Shown piece after piece: positions 61,146 through 64,000 of a DNA stretch of 64,000 nt. The stretch is from positions 310,001-374,000 of the forward strand of contig CDROCS010002105.1 in assembly GCA_977020255.1 (NCBI GenBank), given 5' to 3'. The number at the start of each line of letters is the position of its first letter. Position 1 is the first letter of the stretch. A program made the translations under genes and the position numbers. The stretch is from Obrimoposthia wandeli. Lineage: Eukaryota. The notes below the pieces were generated by a model. That model was not told the origin of the DNA and did no database searches. It saw only the letters and a program-made list of their open reading frames with translations.

Positions 61146-62135
61146 TTATAAAGACTCTTTTTTAACTATTGAGCACAGAATGCCTTCTAGTTCATCCCAA
61201 GGCAGAAGCTCTTTGTCGATAAACTCGATACGTGATTCAAAGCCATTTAACGATAATTCATTGATAGATACCACTTGGTTTACCACGTTAAAGGCAATAC
61301 AACCACGTTCAGTGTTAACAACGGCTTTAACGCGTTGGGCACTTATATTTGAGAATAGTGTAAATAACTTGGAAAAATCGAAAATTTGATCGGCAGCAAA
61401 GAACCAGCCACAGCTGCGATAGCCTTGGCCGCTATTTTCTTTACGAATAAAAACTTGCCCTGGGGCTAATTCAAGCTCGGGTAACGGTGCCATATCGGCA
61501 CTGTCTGAGTGGTGATGGTGGCTATGTTGTGCTTCTCGTTCTAGGCGTTCCACATCTAGCCAACTAAGCTCAAGCTCACCTTGTTGAACCTTACCAATTG
61601 CTGCTTTTGCAGGTTGGCAGCTTTCAATAAAATGTTCAAATGCGATGAGGTCGTATTCTGTGCTTTCATCAATTTTGTTGGCGACAACCACATCGGCAAG
61701 CGCGAGCTGATCTTGGAAATTTGAATTATCGGTATACGCGGTATCAGCAAAATGGCGAGGGTCAACCACAGTAATGGTTGCACGAAGGTCGATGTAATCT
61801 TTATAGATACCCGATGTAAGCTTCGAAATAACTTCTTTAGGGTGACCCAAGCCAGTCGGTTCGAGTAATAAGCGGTCAGGTTTTTGCGCCAATAAAGCAT
61901 TAATACCGACAGACATAGGCAAGCCTGCGACACAACACATACAGCCCCCCGGTACTTCTTTAATGATCGCGCCTTGTTGAGAAAGGATTGCACCATCGAC
62001 GCCGACGTTGCCAAATTCATTAATCAATACTGCCCATTTTTCATTTTCAGGTTTGCGAGCAAGTAAAGATAAAATAGAGGTCGTTTTACCAGCACCCAAA
62101 AAGCCCGTGATGATATTAGTAGGAATGCGTTTCAT
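61146..62135 (-). CDS. CobW/COG0523 G3E GTPase metallochaperone
   Basis: GFLGAGKTT, NEFG, GCMCC, EPTGLGHP, NKID, His-rich HSHHHH, CobW_C-like end. Confidence 0.92.
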   Translation of the reverse strand: MKRIPTNIITGFLGAGKTTSILSLLARKPENEKWAVLINEFGNVGVDGAILSQQGAIIKEVPGGCMCCVAGLPMSVGINALLAQKPDRLLLEPTGLGHPKEVISKLTSGIYKDYIDLRATITVVDPRHFADTAYTDNSNFQDQLALADVVVANKIDESTEYDLIAFEHFIESCQPAKAAIGKVQQGELELSWLDVERLEREAQHSHHHHSDSADMAPLPELELAPGQVFIRKENSGQGYRSCGWFFAADQIFDFSKLFTLFSNISAQRVKAVVNTERGCIAFNVVNQVVSINELSLNGFESRIEFIDKELLPWDELEGILCSIVKKESL

Positions 62136-62311
62136 GCTGTAACAGATCTCCTTGGGAATGACGGGGTAACCGTCTTCAATACATCCATGTTACTCAAAAA
62201 GAGCCGTGGGTAGAAGAGAGGTATTTTTTGCATGACACAAGCGGTCGGAAAATATCCGAATTTCCATGAAAGAGCACCTAATTAGCAATATTCCCCTGTT
62301 TGTCTTAATGC

Positions 62312-64000
62312 TTATTTTAATTCTTTACGGCCTTTATACTGTTCTAATGCTGCTGGGTTTGCCAAGGCTCCCATATTTGTTACTGGCAAATTATGCACGA
62401 TATTACGCACGGCAAGTTCCACCAACTTACCAGATTTGGTTCTAGGTATATCTGTAACTGGCAGAATAACGGCAGGTATATGACGGGGAGAACAATGGTG
62501 TTTAATGCGCTGGCATATCGTGGCTTTGAGTGCGTCGTCTAACAGGTAACCATCGGCAAGCTGAACAAATAACACCACCCGCACATCGTTCTTCCAGTTT
62601 TGTCCTATTACCACTGAATCGGTAATTTCGTGTAATGGATTCACTTGGCGGTAAATTTCTGCTGAACCTATACGTACTCCACCAGGGTTTAATACGGCAT
62701 CAGAACGGCCAAAAAAAGTCATGCCCCCTGTACTGCTTAATGCTACAAAATCGCCGTGATGCCATGTATTGGGGTAGGTATTCCAATACGCATTATGATA
62801 GCGCTTTCCATCAGGATCATTCCAAAAACCAATAGGCTGGTTTGGGAAACTATTGCAGCAAACGAGCTCACCTTGTTGAGTTAATTCTGTTTGACCTTGT
62901 TCATTGAAAACACGCACATCCATTCCTAATGCTTGGCTTTGGCATTCACCCTTATAAACAGGGTTCAATGGATTACCAATAGCAAAGCAACCACAAATAT
63001 CGGTACCACCAGAAATAGAAGCAAGCTGTAGATCAGATTTGATCTGGCTGTATACATAGTCAAATTGCTCGGGGGCAAGTACAGAACCTGTTGAACATAA
63101 TGTTTGTAGGTATGGTAAAGAATGGAACTGGTTTGGGCTGTAATTTTGTTTTTCGAGTGCTTCTAAATATTTAGCTGATGTACCAAACAATGAAAGCTGT
63201 TCTTGCTCTGCCATATCCCATAATACGCTGGCATTTGGATAAAAGGGGGAACCGTCATACAGTACGACGGTAGCCCCAGAGGCTAACCCGCTGACTAACC
63301 AATTCCACATCATCCAGCCGCATGTTGTGAAATAGAAAATGCGATCACCCTGCTTTACGTCACAGTGTAACTTATGTTCTTTCAGGTGATTGAGTAATAA
63401 TCCGCCCGTGCTGTGAATAATGCATTTGGGTTTGCCAGTTGTGCCTGATGAATACAAGATATACAGCGGATGGTTAAAAGGCACTGGTGTAAATTGAATA
63501 TTTGTTGGCTCGTATTGGTCTAATGCATTTTGCCAAAGGGTTAGGGGGGTGGTTGTAGCAATAGAGGCTGTCAATTCACGCATATCTATCTGGGTATACG
63601 GAATAACAATCAATTGTTCGACGCTGGGAAGCTGAGCCAGCATTTGCGTAATATTGTCTAGGCTGCTGTTTGATTTTCCGTTATAAAAATAGCCGTCTGC
63701 CGTTAATAATACTTTGGGCTTGGTTTGACCAAATCGCTCTACAACACTATCTGCACCAAAGTCGGGTGACGTCGATGTCCAAATTGCGCCCAATGCCGAC
63801 GTAGCCAACATGGCAATAATAGCTTGAGGTATGTTGGGTATGTATCCTGCGACTACATCACCTTGTTTAACCCCTTTAGCAGCGAGAAATTGGGTAAGTT
63901 GTGATGTTTGACGATAGAGCTGTTGCCAACTTATACGTTGCTGCTGCTCTTTTTGCCCTTCACAATGAAATACGATGGCATCTGCGGCTGCGTGTCGATT
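62312..64000 (-). CDS. Acetoacetate-CoA ligase (5' end lies outside the window)
   Basis: Frame open to the window edge; YSSGTTGKPK, SISGGTDI, WHHGD, GRSDAVLNPGGVRIG, PRTKSGK. Confidence 0.92.
   Translation of the reverse strand, partial: NRHAAADAIVFHCEGQKEQQQRISWQQLYRQTSQLTQFLAAKGVKQGDVVAGYIPNIPQAIIAMLATSALGAIWTSTSPDFGADSVVERFGQTKPKVLLTADGYFYNGKSNSSLDNITQMLAQLPSVEQLIVIPYTQIDMRELTASIATTTPLTLWQNALDQYEPTNIQFTPVPFNHPLYILYSSGTTGKPKCIIHSTGGLLLNHLKEHKLHCDVKQGDRIFYFTTCGWMMWNWLVSGLASGATVVLYDGSPFYPNASVLWDMAEQEQLSLFGTSAKYLEALEKQNYSPNQFHSLPYLQTLCSTGSVLAPEQFDYVYSQIKSDLQLASISGGTDICGCFAIGNPLNPVYKGECQSQALGMDVRVFNEQGQTELTQQGELVCCNSFPNQPIGFWNDPDGKRYHNAYWNTYPNTWHHGDFVALSSTGGMTFFGRSDAVLNPGGVRIGSAEIYRQVNPLHEITDSVVIGQNWKNDVRVVLFVQLADGYLLDDALKATICQRIKHHCSPRHIPAVILPVTDIPRTKSGKLVELAVRNIVHNLPVTNMGALANPAALEQYKGRKELK

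Noticed and set aside
58427-62020. Long plus-strand ORFs antisense to pmbA, tldD and cobW (and similar shadows elsewhere, e.g. 44969-45409, 52995-53399)
   Set aside because: Antisense shadows of well-supported genes, with no RBS or motifs.
62140-62300. Cobalamin or ZTP riboswitch upstream of the CobW gene
   Set aside because: Only a CCGACCGC fragment resembles the ZTP 3' strand; the GUGACUGG 5' part and B12-box elements are absent.

Overview
AT-rich Vibrionaceae chromosomal DNA, most likely Photobacterium-like (inferred from gene content). The backbone is mostly housekeeping and metabolic. It includes menI-like thioesterase, cytochrome c'/cytochrome b, cti, a REC-GGDEF cyclase, yceH, yaeQ, two GSTs with a TetR regulator, and a TPP-riboswitch thiD-thiZXY-tenA salvage operon. 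It also carries phnA, a GlyGly-CTERM trypsin, codBA, a divergent lplA, add, hppD, a PLD/cardiolipin synthase, ohr/ohrR, a beta-CASP nuclease, ansB, CobW-tldD-pmbA and a window-truncated acetoacetate-CoA ligase. There are two accessory regions. (1) About 8.1-17.4 kb: a ToxR/CadC-like membrane regulator with an unusually large periplasmic part, a decayed IS903-type IS5, a cystatin-motif gene, an intact IS1202-family element with a 16-bp target duplication, one intact and several broken IS6 ends, a diverged ~310-bp duplication and an orphan response regulator. (2) About 50.6-54.6 kb: an IS6 remnant, two integron-like cassettes with decayed attC sites and no integrase, and a 550-aa lipoprotein gene bracketed by ~55-bp direct repeats. 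The best unannotated signals are a DnaA-box triad with DARS-core geometry in the codB-lplA intergenic region (35258-35292), a 29-aa small ORF with a strong RBS behind a perfect 16-bp palindrome (37063-37341), the possible ToxR+ToxS-like fusion, and a 384-bp segment bounded by IS6-type ends. No rRNA, tRNA or CRISPR array was seen. All family assignments come from motif recognition by eye; no database search was run.
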